This document shows positions 25,036-36,981 of a stretch of DNA of 64,000 bases, piece after piece. This DNA is from Podarcis muralis (taxonomy: Eukaryota), in assembly GCF_964188315.1 (NCBI RefSeq), contig NC_135664.1:24986001-25050000 (forward strand), read 5' to 3'. Within the stretch, counting starts at the first letter, position 1, and each line of letters starts with the position of its first letter. The notes under the pieces were generated by a model that saw nothing but the letters and a program-made list of their open reading frames with translations, was not told the origin of the DNA and did not search any database. A program made the translations under genes and the position numbers.

Positions 25036-25276
25036 CAGGCAACTCCCAATTTATGCGGGGTTTACATTCCAAGGCATCACGTGTTTAAGTGCAATCACGT
25101 CCCTTGGGTTACAGACGTACCTAGGGTTAAGAACTTTACCTCAGGATGAGAACAGAAATTGCGCAGCAGTGACGCAGGAGGCCCCATTAGCTAAAATAGT
25201 GCTTCAGGTTAAGAACAGTTTCAGGTTAAGAACGGACCTCCGGAACGAATTAAGTTCTTAACCCGAGGTACCACTG
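25036..25276. mobile_element. Composite Tc1/mariner MITE: foreign left end plus truncated family A copy 3
   Basis: Left end ta|caggcaactcccaatttatgcgggg differs from family A; right part is family A ending gaggtaccactg|ta. Confidence 0.75.
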
Positions 25277-26607
25277 TATTTGAAATACTGTTGAAAAAGC
25301 CTGCAAACATCCTATTCCACTCTTGCCTCATCCCTTCTTTGTGACATTTTTGGGTCCTCCCCCAAGGAGTAACTGCATCCTTCCCTACTCAGCAGTAGCA
25401 AGACCACAAATCAATGTGCTCAGCTTCAGGTACCACTATTCAAAAGTAAAATGTTATAAATGAATGATATATGAACACACAAGGAAATAATTCTGTCTCC
25501 TCGGGGGAGAAGATGGGCCTATCCCCTGCTGCCTAAATATCTGTTTTTATGTTGCAAATAATAAACCAACTTCAACTGGAAAATAAGCTGAGGTTCTGAT
25601 GTGGGGCAGCCCATTTGCTAATTCATGGAGGAAAACTGTCTGGCACAATACTAGACCTCCGCCATTATTTTGGGAACACCTAAGAATTAAAGGAGAATAA
25701 AATGTCAAAATGCCTTCATTAGTATGACACACTTAGGGTGGCCTTTAATAATTTCTCTACTGATGTTTCAGCAGAATATCTTCAATTACAATATTGTAAT
25801 TGTATTTAAAAGAATCCCTATGAAGGCAGTTGAAACCATGTAGTCTAGATGGAGAGTCATATGTGTCTCGTTGCGCTGGATTTCTAGGTCTCATACTTCT
25901 TGTTTCTTTTTGCTCAAGGATACTCAGCAATGGTTGATTTGTCAAGATAACTTGTTCCAATTTGTGGTGATCAGAGATGACTAATATCTTGTTTTCACAC
26001 CTGCCTGCTTATATCAACCACATCTCTGCATATGAATTCTCACCTTAAGCTTTTGTGTCATCTTTCCTGCTTTAAAGGTCAACGATCCCACCAAAGTTGG
26101 GGTATTTTACTTTCTTCTTTAGAGCTGTTAGTATGGTTGCAAATTCTTTTCCTTGCAAAACACACCGTGTAGGGAAAAAAAATTGTGTTCTCAAAACTGT
26201 CCATATGCTAATTTATATGGTTAAACTAAAACAGTTTGAGAACTTGTTGACATTTTCCATATAACCATCAATGACACCTTGTGACGACGTTCCCACCTTC
26301 TTTATATCAGTCATATCATTTCAATTAGGGAAGAGGAACTTGTGGACTTCCAAGTGTTCTCAGACTGACCCCTAGCCATTCTGTTTGGGGTTGATGGGAG
26401 TTGCAATCCAACATCTGGAAGGCTACAGGTAAGCCCCCCTGACATAATTATATAAGCTTCTGATTGTGCTCCTTCTGGGGTAATTTGTCTACCTTTGGTC
26501 CCCACCCTGCACTCAGCTCTCACCTGTGACTCCTAGAAGCTGTCAGCATGTGACAACAGCCACACCCTGGGGACAGCTTTGGTTGGCTCCCTAAACCAGT
26601 TGAGGGT

Positions 26608-27318
26608 AGCCGATGGGCTCAGGACTGCAATACCTCAAGGATCGCCTCTTTCCATATGAACCTACCTGGACCCGGAGATCATCTTCTGAGGCCCTCCTTC
26701 ATGTGCCTTCTTCTCGAGAGGTCCAGAGGGTGGCAATACAAGAACGGGCCTTCTCTGCAGTGGCTCCCCACCTGTGGAATGCTCTCCCCAGGGAAGTTCA
26801 CATGGCACCATTATACAGTGGTACCTCGGGTTAAGTACTTAATTCATTCCGGAGGTCCGTACTTAACCTGAAACTGTTCTTAACCTGAAGCACCACTTTA
26901 GCTAATTGGGCCTCCTGCTGCTGCGCCGCCGGAGCACAATTTCTGTTCCCATCCTGAAGCAAAGTTCTTAACCTGAAACACTATTTCTGGGTTAGCAGAG
27001 TCTGTAACCTGAAGAGTATGTAACCTGAAGCGTATGTAACCTGAGGTACTACTGTACCTTTAGGCACCAGGCAAAAATGTTCCTCTTTAACCAGGCCTTT
27101 GGTTGATCAGTTTGACATCCTATACCTTTCTAAAATGTGGCTCTTTTTTGTGGGGGGGTGTTATAGGGTGGTTGTTGTTATTTTGATTACCGGTATATAT
27201 CTTGCGATCTTTTCTGTGAACTGCCCTGAGACCTCCGGGTATAGGACGGTATATAAACTAAATAATAATAATAACAATAATAATAATAATAATAATAAAA
27301 CAACAACAACAACAACAA
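26608..27318 (+). mobile_element. L2 LINE 3' end interrupted by a MITE; (AAT)n(AAC)n tail
   Basis: ORF 26613 GLQYLKDRLFPYEP...RAFSAVAPHLWNALP is L2-like and resumes after 27056. Confidence 0.82.
26816..27054. mobile_element. Tc1/mariner MITE family A, copy 4, nested in L2
   Basis: TIRs and TA TSD. Confidence 0.88.
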
Positions 27319-28132
27319 AAAACCAGCCCTTGTTTAGTTAGGGACTTCCCCTACATGTGAAGATGGGCTCAGGTGGATTGAGCGGAAGATGCCAATGGTC
27401 AAAAGGGCAGTTTTGATTTTAGAACCCTCCACAATCACGATGTGGCTGTAGCATGGCAGCAATGCAAGAAGTAACACGTCTGCTCTTGTGTGGTGCGTAC
27501 ACTGAATTTTATTGCATTCATTTCCTTCATGGTGCATTTTCTCCCCAAACTCTCTAAGTTTCCCCCTATATTATTTTAGTTTTTTCTCCCTCCAGCAGGT
27601 TACTAGATTAGTATCCATAAGTAATAAAATACCATTTTCCAGTATGTCCAAGGAATGGATTTGTCAGCTCTGCCTAGGCAACCTGGTTCTTGCCCAAACA
27701 TGAGATTCCATCCCTAAGGCAACGGGAGTGGGAACATGCTGTAGCTTTCCAATCCTCAAGTTTAAGCTTGATATTGAACTAATATCTAAGTCCTTTCATG
27801 TACAAACAGCTTTCTTGAAAACTAGCTGCATAGGGTTCAAACACAAGATGGAAAAGTCACCTTGGCTTTCCTACTTCCAGCATCCTCACAGAATGATTAT
27901 ATCATTACTTGCCGCCGCTGTGTTAAGAACTACTTATTCATTTATAGTACTTATATCCCACTTTAGAGCGCTCAAACGTTCTTACAGCAACTTAGTACTA
28001 GGGTGACCACCTATTAACAAAAAATATTTCCACAATTAAAAAAAAAATCAGACTCAAAAGTCAAAAAAGCACAGGAACAGATAGTACACAATGATGATAG
28101 CATTATTCAGGTGGCACTTTTTGAGCATTGTG

Positions 28133-28725
28133 CTTGGTTGCATCAATAGGAGTATAGCATCTAGATCAAGGGAAGTAATAGTGCCACTGTATTCTGCTCT
28201 GGTCAGACCTCACCTGGAGTACTGTGTCCAGTTCTGGGCACCACAGTTCAAGAAGGACACTGACAAACTGGAACGTGTCCAGAGGAGGGCAACCAAAATG
28301 GTCAAAGGCCTGGAAACGATGCCTTATGAGGAACGGCTAAGGGAGCTGGGCATGTTTAGCCTGGAGAAGAGGAGGTTAAGGGTTGATATGATAGCCATGT
28401 TCAAATATATAAAAGGATGTCATATAGAGGAGGGAGAAAGGTTGTTTTCTGCTGCTCCAGAGAAGCGGACACGGAGCAATGGATCCAAACTACAAGAAAG
28501 AAGATTCCACCTAAACATTAGGAAGAACTTCCTGACAGTAAGAGCTGTTCGACAGTGGAATTTGCTGCCAAGGAGTGTGGTGGAGTCTCCTTTTTTGGAG
28601 GTCTTTAAGCAGAGGCTTGACAACCATATGTCAGGAGTGCTCTGATGGTGTTTCCTGCTTGGCAGGGGGTTGGACTCGATGGCCCTTGTGGTCTATTCCA
28701 ACTCTATGATTCTGTGATTCTATGA
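28133..28725 (+). mobile_element. Young CR1 LINE 3' end
   Basis: ORF 28091-28645 [19 protein letters not shown]...[14 protein letters not shown]...[19 protein letters not shown] is CR1 ORF2 C-terminus, uninterrupted; (attctatg)-type tail. Confidence 0.95.
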
Positions 28726-29108
28726 CCACCTAACAGACAGCAGCTCCTAGCAAAGGCAGAGAGGGCTGAGTAGCCAGAACCCACTCAGCCTGTGATAAAG
28801 GCAAATCTTCCCTTCCAGCATTGGACTGGTTACTGGTAACTTCCTAGCTCCTAGCGCCTGCTTCTACCTCCACCAAGCTTCTGTTTATTGGCTTACCTGA
28901 CCAAAAAGCCTCTTTCCCCTTGCCTGCTTTATAGTGGGATTTTGTAACCAGTCAGAATATCATTTTGCAGATTTCCCAAAATTTGGTGTTTGTGGACTCC
29001 ATCATGCACTAAAGGCAATGCAACCACCAGTGCTCCTCTTTCACATGGCATGGGAGCAACTACACATTTCCAAGTTGCAGTATTGTATGTATTATTGTAT
29101 TGTATGTA

Positions 29109-29171
29109 TTAGGTTAGGGTTAGGGTTAGGGTTAGGGTTAGGGTTAGGGTTAGGGTTAGGGTTAGGGTTAG
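29109..29171 (+). repeat. Interstitial telomeric sequence TTAGG(TTAGGG)9TTAG
   Basis: Nine perfect TTAGGG units at 29114-29167. Confidence 0.97.
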
Positions 29172-29299
29172 TTGCAGTATTGTATCTTATGCCTGGCAGA
29201 CAAAACAGAAGAATAACCAATTAGAAATAATTTTACAGACTGGAGGAGGAAAGAAGTCTGCACCTTGAGTTACAACAATGCACTCCACATGCATAGAAA

Positions 29300-29465
29300 A
29301 TAAAAAACCTACTGCTTGTCTCCCTTGGGAGGTGGTGAGTTTCCCTTCCTTGGAGGCTTTTTTGGGCAGAAGTTGGATGCTTTAGTTGAGATTCCTGCAC
29401 TGCATGGGGGGTGGACTAGATGGCCCTTGGGGTCCCTTCCACTCTACAATTCTATGATTCCATGA
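29300..29465 (+). mobile_element. Old CR1 3' fragment
   Basis: tccttggaggcttt...ggactagatggcccttggggtcccttccactctacaattctatgatt. Confidence 0.7.
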
Positions 29466-31073
29466 AACACAAGATAGCGGACTGAAGCTCAGTCACAGAC
29501 CATTGTTTGCAATTTCACTGGAACATAAGAAAGCTACCTTATACTAGGGTCAGCCTACTTGTCCATTTTGCACGGAGCTGTCTACTTTGACTGGCAACAG
29601 CTCTCCAGGGTTTCAGGTTCAGATCTTTCCAAAACCTGCTATTTGCTGTTTTAAAAGTTTAAAGAAAAGAACCCTGGAGATGTCAGGGGCTGAGCATGGA
29701 AGTTCTGCATGCAAAGGATGTGCTCTGCTGCCACTGAGCTTTGATCCCATCCCCTTGAGTATAGATAGCACCAAAGAGTTGGTGTTTTTTTTTTTTAAAA
29801 AAGTATGGTTCCTTTCTTTGAAGTCTTCACTTTTCTCTGAAGTTGGCTTCCTGCTTTCCTGCAGTACAGTATATAAAACCATCTCTTGCTGCAAAATGCA
29901 TTCACCATTTTGGATGTTATCTGTGTTCCAGAGAATCCCTCCTAAAAAACCCCCCAACAGAAACAAAACAAAAACCCTGGTATGTTTCCTTAGCTGTGGA
30001 CATGCAACGTGGGGTAGCTATAAATTAATCTGCTTAAGCTTTTGTCTTGCATATTTCTAAGATACAGTTTGTTACAGAGGTTTATCTGTGTGCTTATCCA
30101 TCTTGCATTTTTAGCTATTGGTTTGGCACAGTAAGACCTTGAAACAAGTGTAATACCAACAAAATAACACATCAACACAACACCCAACTAAAAACAAATA
30201 TACAGGTAAGCAGTAATATGAATGCCACAAGAATATAGGAAACCAGAAGCATTCTATTTTTGCCCAGTTCAAAATCATATCAAAGCATCAACATCTTGGC
30301 ATGGCTTCTCAAGAAGAAGAACAGAAAGGGAACTTTGCAGAGAAGTCTAAAGCCTGGAGCTACCACTGAAAAGGCCCTATTCTATGTCTCTGCCCATCAC
30401 ACCTTAGGCAGCAGAGGAGCATCTCCCCAGCTGGAAACCTGAGTATTTGGGTATGTTGCTAGACTCATGGAAAAATTCTGATCCAATTTTTATTTTTACC
30501 ATATTTTTTAATTAAATAAGAATTTTACAGATCTAGAACACCCCATGAGCCTCTCACTAACACTACAAGAACATCCTCCAACCAGTCTTCTTAAAATTCA
30601 TAATCTCTGGAGCACAAGAAGTGAAAGGGAGAGGGGAGGGGCAACAGCACTGTATCCATAGGAAGCTTCTGGTACCGGCTAATTCCTCTGTACTGTCTGC
30701 TATGAACAGAAGTGGTGCTCTGTGTTTGAACTTACGTATTTTTCCTGTTACCTAATCCTTTTAACAAGAGATACCAAAGATTGAACTTTCTGCACACAAA
30801 GCATGTGGTCTAACCCTGAACTATTGAGCCAAGTGCTGGAGCCAAGAGGAATTGAGCAAGACTTAGCCGCTCCTCAGCACCAGGTGAAAGTGTGAGTCAT
30901 ACACATGTCTAGTCCTAATCACACTCCAGTCATGAAATCACTGGCTGAATTTACACAAACCATTCTCTTTTTGCCAATCTGGCTAGGTGGCTATTGACCT
31001 TCCTAGCAGGAATGGAAAAAAGGTATTTAAAAATAAACAAAGCAGGGAATTTGGAGCCCTGCAGACTAAAGCT

Positions 31074-31445
31074 AGGTAAGGTAAAGGTAAAGGTAAAGCT
31101 ACCCCTGCCCATACGGGCCAGTCTTGACAGACTCTGGGGTTGTGCGCCCATCTCACTCAAGAGGCCGGGGGCCAGCGCTGTCTGAAGACACTTCCGGGTC
31201 ACGTGGCCAGCGTGACATCGCTTCTCTGGCAAGCCAGAGCCGCACACGGAACGCCGTTTACCTTCCCGCCAGTAAGCGGTCCCTATTTATCTACTTGCAC
31301 CTGGGGGTGCTTTCGAACTGCTAGGTTGGCAGGCGCTGGGACCGAGCAACGGGAGCGCACCCCGCCGCGGGGATTCGAACCGCCGACCTTTCGATCGGCA
31401 AGCCCTAGGCACTGAGGCTTTTACCCACAGCGCCACCCGCGTCCC
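31074..31445 (-). mobile_element. Sauria SINE, CpG-rich subfamily
   Basis: Reverse complement of the 9465 and 51194 copies with (ggtaaa)n tail. Confidence 0.92.
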
Positions 31446-32587
31446 TACAGCGCCACCAGGTCCACTTGGCTGGTGTCTAAAGCTGCTTGGTCAACAGTAA
31501 ACAGTGTTATTTACCCTAAGCAGAACTGTAACAATTCCGAAATGCCAAACTCACTCTGCTCCCACTTCTGTAACAAATATTGTCTCCCTCTTCAGTTTGG
31601 TCCCCCTCAGTGTAGCTACATAAAAACCTAAGAAAAATGTGCGGGATCAGGCCAATAGTCAGTATCCTGTTCTCATAACAGCCAACCATATACCTATGGA
31701 AGGCATGCAGGCGGCACTAGAGTGCGAGACCACTCTCCCCTCCTGCAAATTCCAGCAACTCGTATTCAGAAGCGCGCTGCCTCTGACAGTGGAGGCAGAA
31801 CATAGTCAAGAGGGTTAGTTCATGTTCTTAACATTTCTTAAATTACTGTTGGTGAATTATTCTCTTTACATCTGGTCTCTGGCCACCTTTGCCTCCTTCC
31901 TTGCTTATTTTCTCCAGAACATTTCTTTTCAGTTCTAACCTCCACCCAGCCACCCTTTTCCACCTCCACCCCCCTTGACTTGGAACTCTCCCCAGAGATC
32001 TTTCAGCTTCCTTCCACTCTGGCCTCTCACTGGTCCAGATCAAGTTCTCCTCTCATTGTTACAACAAGCCTATGCATGTCCATGGCTAAGATCAGATTCG
32101 TGTTATCGCATCACTGGCCTTTCCTGAATGATGCTGCGTCCAAGTAAGCAGCAAGGGAGGAAGCGACAAGGAAGCAGTTCGCATACCACTGTGTAACATA
32201 TGACCGGGCCCTAAGAGCATTCCAGGGTAGAAATTAGCCTCAACATGAATATTTCACTCTATTATCTCCCGTATTCGCTTTAAACAAGAGATTTGATCTG
32301 AATGGAGGAAGCTGAAATCCTGTTCTGCTAATCAGACTCTAAACATCACGACATAGTATACATAAGGGGCTAGGTTGTCTCCTGTTTACAGCTGTAAAAC
32401 AGCAGGCATAAAAGTTGCTTGATTGGAGATGTTCCGCTGAAAAAGCATCTATACCAATAAACATGACAGCATGTTTCTAACAGCTAAACTAATTCTGTAT
32501 CTAGCGCTATAGCTGCAATCCTAAAAGGTTTCTCAAAAGCAAGCCTAACTGAATGCAGATCGACTCAGTAAATGTGCATTGTCTTGC

Positions 32588-32620
<33 letters not shown>

Positions 32621-32790
32621 TTATTTTATTTATATCCTGCACTCCCCAGCCGAAGCCGGGCTCACAGCGGCTAAAAACAGTAAAATAATACAGCATTCTA
32701 AAATCAATTCATTATAAAATCAGTTCAGTTCAAATTGATGGCAACCATTGGTCTAGAGTTCTGTGAAGAATTACCAAAGGAGGGGGTCAG
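32588..32790 (-). mobile_element. L2-type 3' end with (AAT)n tail; sister copy about 44148-44290
   Basis: Both copies share tttatatcc.gc.ctccccagccgaagccgggctca...gcggcta after an AAT tail. Confidence 0.6.
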
Positions 32791-32828
32791 GCTAAAATAT
32801 AGCCTAAGAACATAGGATTAGTTTTTAA

Positions 32829-32834
32829 TTTATT
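32829..32834 (-). promoter_or_regulatory. Candidate ZNF277 polyadenylation signal AATAAA
   Basis: First minus-strand AATAAA after the stop (about 110 nt), followed by GU/U-rich sequence. No transcript evidence. Confidence 0.45.
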
Positions 32835-32942
32835 TTTTAAGCTTCTCACTCAGAGTGGGTCTATTGCAGCCTGTCAAAGTTACCAAATCACCTTTTGCTT
32901 TGCGAGGAAAGTGCGTATTCAGAAAGATGCTTCACTTAATTA

Positions 32943-33135
32943 TCAAGGTTCTCCATTATTTATCTCCTCACAAAGAAGTTGATTTAACACACTCGTCCGT
33001 TTCAGAGCCTCTATGTTAGAAATATCCTCGCTGATGACAGGCACATCCTCTTCCTGTTTCCCAGCTGTCAAGTCATCCTCGCTGTCCGAGAGCGTACAGA
33101 GAAGGGTATCGTTTTCATAGGTAGGAAAATAATAC
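32943..33135 (-). CDS. ZNF277: ZNF277 terminal coding exon 12 (193 nt to TGA): YYFPTYENDTLLCTLSDSEDDL...LNQLLCEEINNGEP*
   Basis: Inside ORF 32943-33164; acceptor ctttccag; YYFPTYENDTLLCTLSDSE matches recalled ZNF277 C-terminus. Confidence 0.96.
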
Positions 33136-33705
33136 CTGGAAAGAACAGTGAAGAACAACGTCATACCTTGTCACTGAAAAGTCCCCTTTACAAACATGCT
33201 TTTAACTTGCGACATTGGTCCTGCTTCCACACGGCATTACCTTACTGTTTGCATATCCCAGCTGACAAAGCCTAGTGTGGGGTATGCATATGAATATTGC
33301 AACCATGTAGGCGGGTGCCAATCGCATGGGAAAGAGAGACAATTTGAGACCTCCCACACGAGTGCAATATTTGAACATGTTTCCTAATTCTGCTCCCCAC
33401 ACTGCTGGGGAAGCAGCCCCAATATTTGGATGGGCAAGCATATATGCACAGTATGTTTTCTTCCACATAAATCAAAACATTTAGTTATTAGAAATCTTAA
33501 CAGGAGTTTATGGGCTGTTTAAGGTAATAATACTGTATATTATTTCTAAACATCCATGCTGTATTTGATTTATTCCGCTTGGAGTAATGTTCTGGTTCCA
33601 TCCAACTCACTGCACTGTGAGTTCTGGGTGCAGGGCAGGAGTTGGGTGCATTACTCACAGCCAAAGTGAAAATGTAAATTTGTGGTTGAGGACAGCTCAC
33701 TTTCT

Positions 33706-34096
33706 TTCTTTCTTTTTAAATAATTTGTTATTAATTTTTACATATTAATTATCATTCATACAGAAAAACTTTACTTCTTATACAATCTTTTTGGACTTCC
33801 ATCAGCCCCTCTGATGACCCTCCGTTCTTATCACTTATTCTGCATTTCTTAGATTCCTATTGCCTTTAATTATCTTAACTAACAGTCCCCCTCATTACTA
33901 TTTTTTGCAATATTTCAAATAGTCCATCTTACAAAACTTCTTGCAAACCTACAAGCGTAATCTGATCATTACAATTACATTCTAAATAGTCCGTAGATTT
34001 ATACCAATCTTCTGTGAATCTCTGGTCCCACAGATTTCGAATTCTTCCTGTTAATTTATCTAATTCTGCATAGTCCATCAGTTTCATCCTCCATTC
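33706..34096 (-). mobile_element. 5'-truncated L1-clade insertion in ZNF277 intron 11
   Basis: ORF 33929-34162 EWRMKLMDYAELDKLTGRIRN...F.EDW is L1-type ORF2 end; perfect 19-bp TSD tgaggacagctcactttct (33687-33705, 34097-34115). Confidence 0.85.
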
Positions 34097-34826
34097 TGAG
34101 GACAGCTCACTTTCTAACTTTATCCATAACCTGGTAAAAGTCATGCACTCACCAACAGGCATATTGCATTCCTTGTATTATATCACTTGGGTAATACCCA
34201 TGTTTCAGCCAAGCAAAGCGGGCATTGCAGTCTGTTCTATCGCCCTTTTACTCTTAAGGTATGTGGCTATCAGATACTACAAATAAAACTTATTAAGTCT
34301 TCGGAAAAGACCCATATGGTACAGCAAGGGCAGAGAATGTGGAATCCAGGTCTCATTTACAAGACACTAAGCTGGTTCTCATGAAACAGTATGTCAAACT
34401 ATGACTTACTGAGACTTTGCAGGCTCCAGGAGAGGAGCTCCCAGATACTTTGCTCCCCAGTACTTTTTACTGATGTGTTGAGCTTAGCCAAGGTTTGGCT
34501 TAATGTGTTTATGGTTAAGCTGTCTCTGCACTAATTACAACCTGTAACCAAGGTTTGCTCTTGGCTACAGATCATGCTTAGTGATGGTTAGTAACCACAA
34601 GTCTGGGTTCAAAGGACACACTACTAAGCCAAAGCTTATTTTTCTTAGGGCAGTAAAAAAGATATGGGGTGCAGCAAAGTGGCTGTGAGTTCCTTTCTGG
34701 TGGGTGGGTGGGGGGCTGCACATTCACATGGACTCTGTAAGCTAAAGTTTGGCTTACTGTGCCGTGCAAACCAGGTCACTATCATGCACTGAGCACAACA
34801 CTGGAGAAAAACAAAAACACTCTTAC

Positions 34827-35001
34827 TGTGGCTGATCCCACATGGATCTGGCTGGCAGAAGTGTTATATGTCTGGTCTCTTCCATATGATTTATCAACTC
34901 CCTTTTCGATTGGAATTTCTCCTGGCAACTGTAGCATCGACACTGATGGACCTCTCTTCTGATGAAGTTCAACAATTTCACTTGCTGATAGAAATTCAAA
35001 C
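34827..35001 (-). CDS. ZNF277: ZNF277 exon 11 (175 nt): LNFYQQVKLLNFIRREVHQCRCYSCQEKFQSKRELINHMEETRHITLLPARSMWDQPQ
   Basis: Hand translation in a different frame from the listed ORF; acceptor ctctgctag, donor GTAAGA. Confidence 0.96.
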
Positions 35002-35656
35002 CTAGCAGAGAACAGTGTTATTTTTTTTAAGGTGCAGGAGGAAAGGGGGACTGGAAGACACAAGCAGTGAAGGTAACCATTTTGACCCATTAAAAAAAAA
35101 AAAAATCCAAATTAGGATAATACTTTTATTAAGCCAATCAATATACCACAAAATAGCTAAGAAGCTTTTGAGTTCTTAAGAAGTCTTTAGTGGGCTAGGT
35201 GGTAACAAGAATATTGAGGGAGTTAGTGGGAGCAAGGAGAAAACATTTTTTTTGGCTTATGTTCGACCCATGGAGTGTGTGTCTAGTTGTAGTCTTAAGA
35301 TGGAACAGGGGAAGGAGGTATCTAAATCTTTTCTGCGGTTTCCCCCAATTCTCCAGAGCTGATTTGGGGAGGAAGCACATGTGAGAGGAAGCACAGGCTG
35401 CTTTGTTGCACAGGAGTAAATCCTTGCACTAACAGAACAAGAACAATACATACTGTCCTCAATCTGCTTACTACAGTGATTTCTTGAGAACCACTGTATG
35501 TATCTCATGCTACCCTTTTACATTCAGAAAAGGTCAGAACCGTCAAAACTGAAACATTTGGGAGTGACATAGGTTGACTTCTGGTCCTGCACTTCTAAGA
35601 AGACACATTTCCAGCAGCGGTAGAGGTCTCCGATACAGTATATGCTTTTTACTCAC

Positions 35657-35699
35657 CATGCTCAGCCTTAATGTTTAGCAGGTCGAATCCATGAGCCTC
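35657..35699 (-). CDS. ZNF277: ZNF277 exon 10 (43 nt): EAHGFDLLNIKAEH
   Basis: Hand translation; acceptor aattccag, donor GTGAGT. Confidence 0.94.
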
Positions 35700-36562
35700 C
35701 TGGAATTTGGGAAGAGGAAAAAAGGGCTTCTAATTGTGAATAATTAAGAATTTTTCAAATTGAAAACACCTGAAGTTTATGAAGAACAGGCACACCTTAG
35801 CAAGTTTGCTTTGATTACAGGCTATGGACTACTGCTGTATGATTGCTGAAAATTCTTCATGCTACTATTGTTAGGACCTTACAAGCAGCATCACAGGAAA
35901 TCAAACTACTGTTCCACCTAGCAGAGGGCTATTTTACTCTGCATGGTATTTGCCAAGCTTGCTCCTTGGAATTTGTTAACTGTGAACACCAGGGATTGAA
36001 ACTCAGGCTTTCAGTACTCAGCATGCATATTCTATTAAGATAGACCTATTAAGAGAGACCTAAGTAGGATATAGGTCTCTCAAGTGGATTATTGAAATGC
36101 TAACCTTTACAAGTGGGGTCCTGCAACAAAATGCTGCAGTGTGCCATGCTTCTGTTCAGGGTACAAGTGACTCTAAGCTACACCCACCCACCCCGCCAGC
36201 CAGTATTCTGTGCCCATTGAGCTTCTTCAGTCCCCACTGGGTTGTTTCTCATTTTCTTCTCCATTTTGTGTTTTATCAGAGAAGCCTGGACAAATTGTAC
36301 CCAGTCCCAGCTGCATTAAAATCTTTTATTTATTTACTACACCTGCCAATAATAACATAGCATGAGTACAAGAAGACTCCAATCAGTATGATGATTCTAA
36401 TCTTTCCTTATTATAAATGCAAAGTTTTAAACTCTGCTAAAAGGTGGCCAAAACATTCTCTCTGCTGAAATTAATAAAGTACAGAGCAGCCTTCTCCAAT
36501 ATGGGGTTTTCAGATATTTTGGACTGCAACTCCCACCAGCCCTGGTGGGCATAGATAATGTT

Positions 36563-36804
36563 AAGAAGAAGAGTTTGGATTTGATATCCCGCTTTATCAC
36601 TACCCTAAGGAGTCTCAAAGCGGCTAACATTCTCCTTTCCCTTCCTCTCCCACAACAAACACTCTGTGAGGTGAGTGGGGCTGAGAGACTTCAGAGAAGT
36701 GTGACTAGCCCAAGGTCACCCAGCAGCTGCATGTGGAGGAGCGGAGACGCGAACCCAGTTCCCCAGATTGCAAGACTATCACTCTTAACCACTACACCAC
36801 ACTG
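36563..36804 (-). mobile_element. Squam3-like SINE nested in a hAT MITE (about 36487-36865)
   Basis: Minus head cagtgtggtgtagtggttaagag, (ttc)n tail; flanks ggactgcaactccc and ggaagttgtagtcc are the two MITE arms. Confidence 0.82.
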
Positions 36805-36981
36805 ATTAAGGAATCATGGAAGTTGTAGTCCAAAGTGTCTGGAAGGCACCATGTTGTGGAACAATGACATAAAACAGTTGGGGTTTTTTGAACTAGAACA
36901 GGGCACCTGAACGCTATCAAATTATATCCTCCCCCTTTTCCAAAGCAAGATCTAATACAGAAAGTAGAACAAGCCTCTTAC

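Noticed and set aside
28106-28121. Cloning-vector contamination (tcaggtggcactttt, as upstream of bla)
   Set aside because: Only about 15 nt match, then diverges; chance.
35697-35702. NAGNAG alternative acceptor (CAG GAG) at exon 10
   Set aside because: GAG is a poor distal acceptor and there is no evidence of use.
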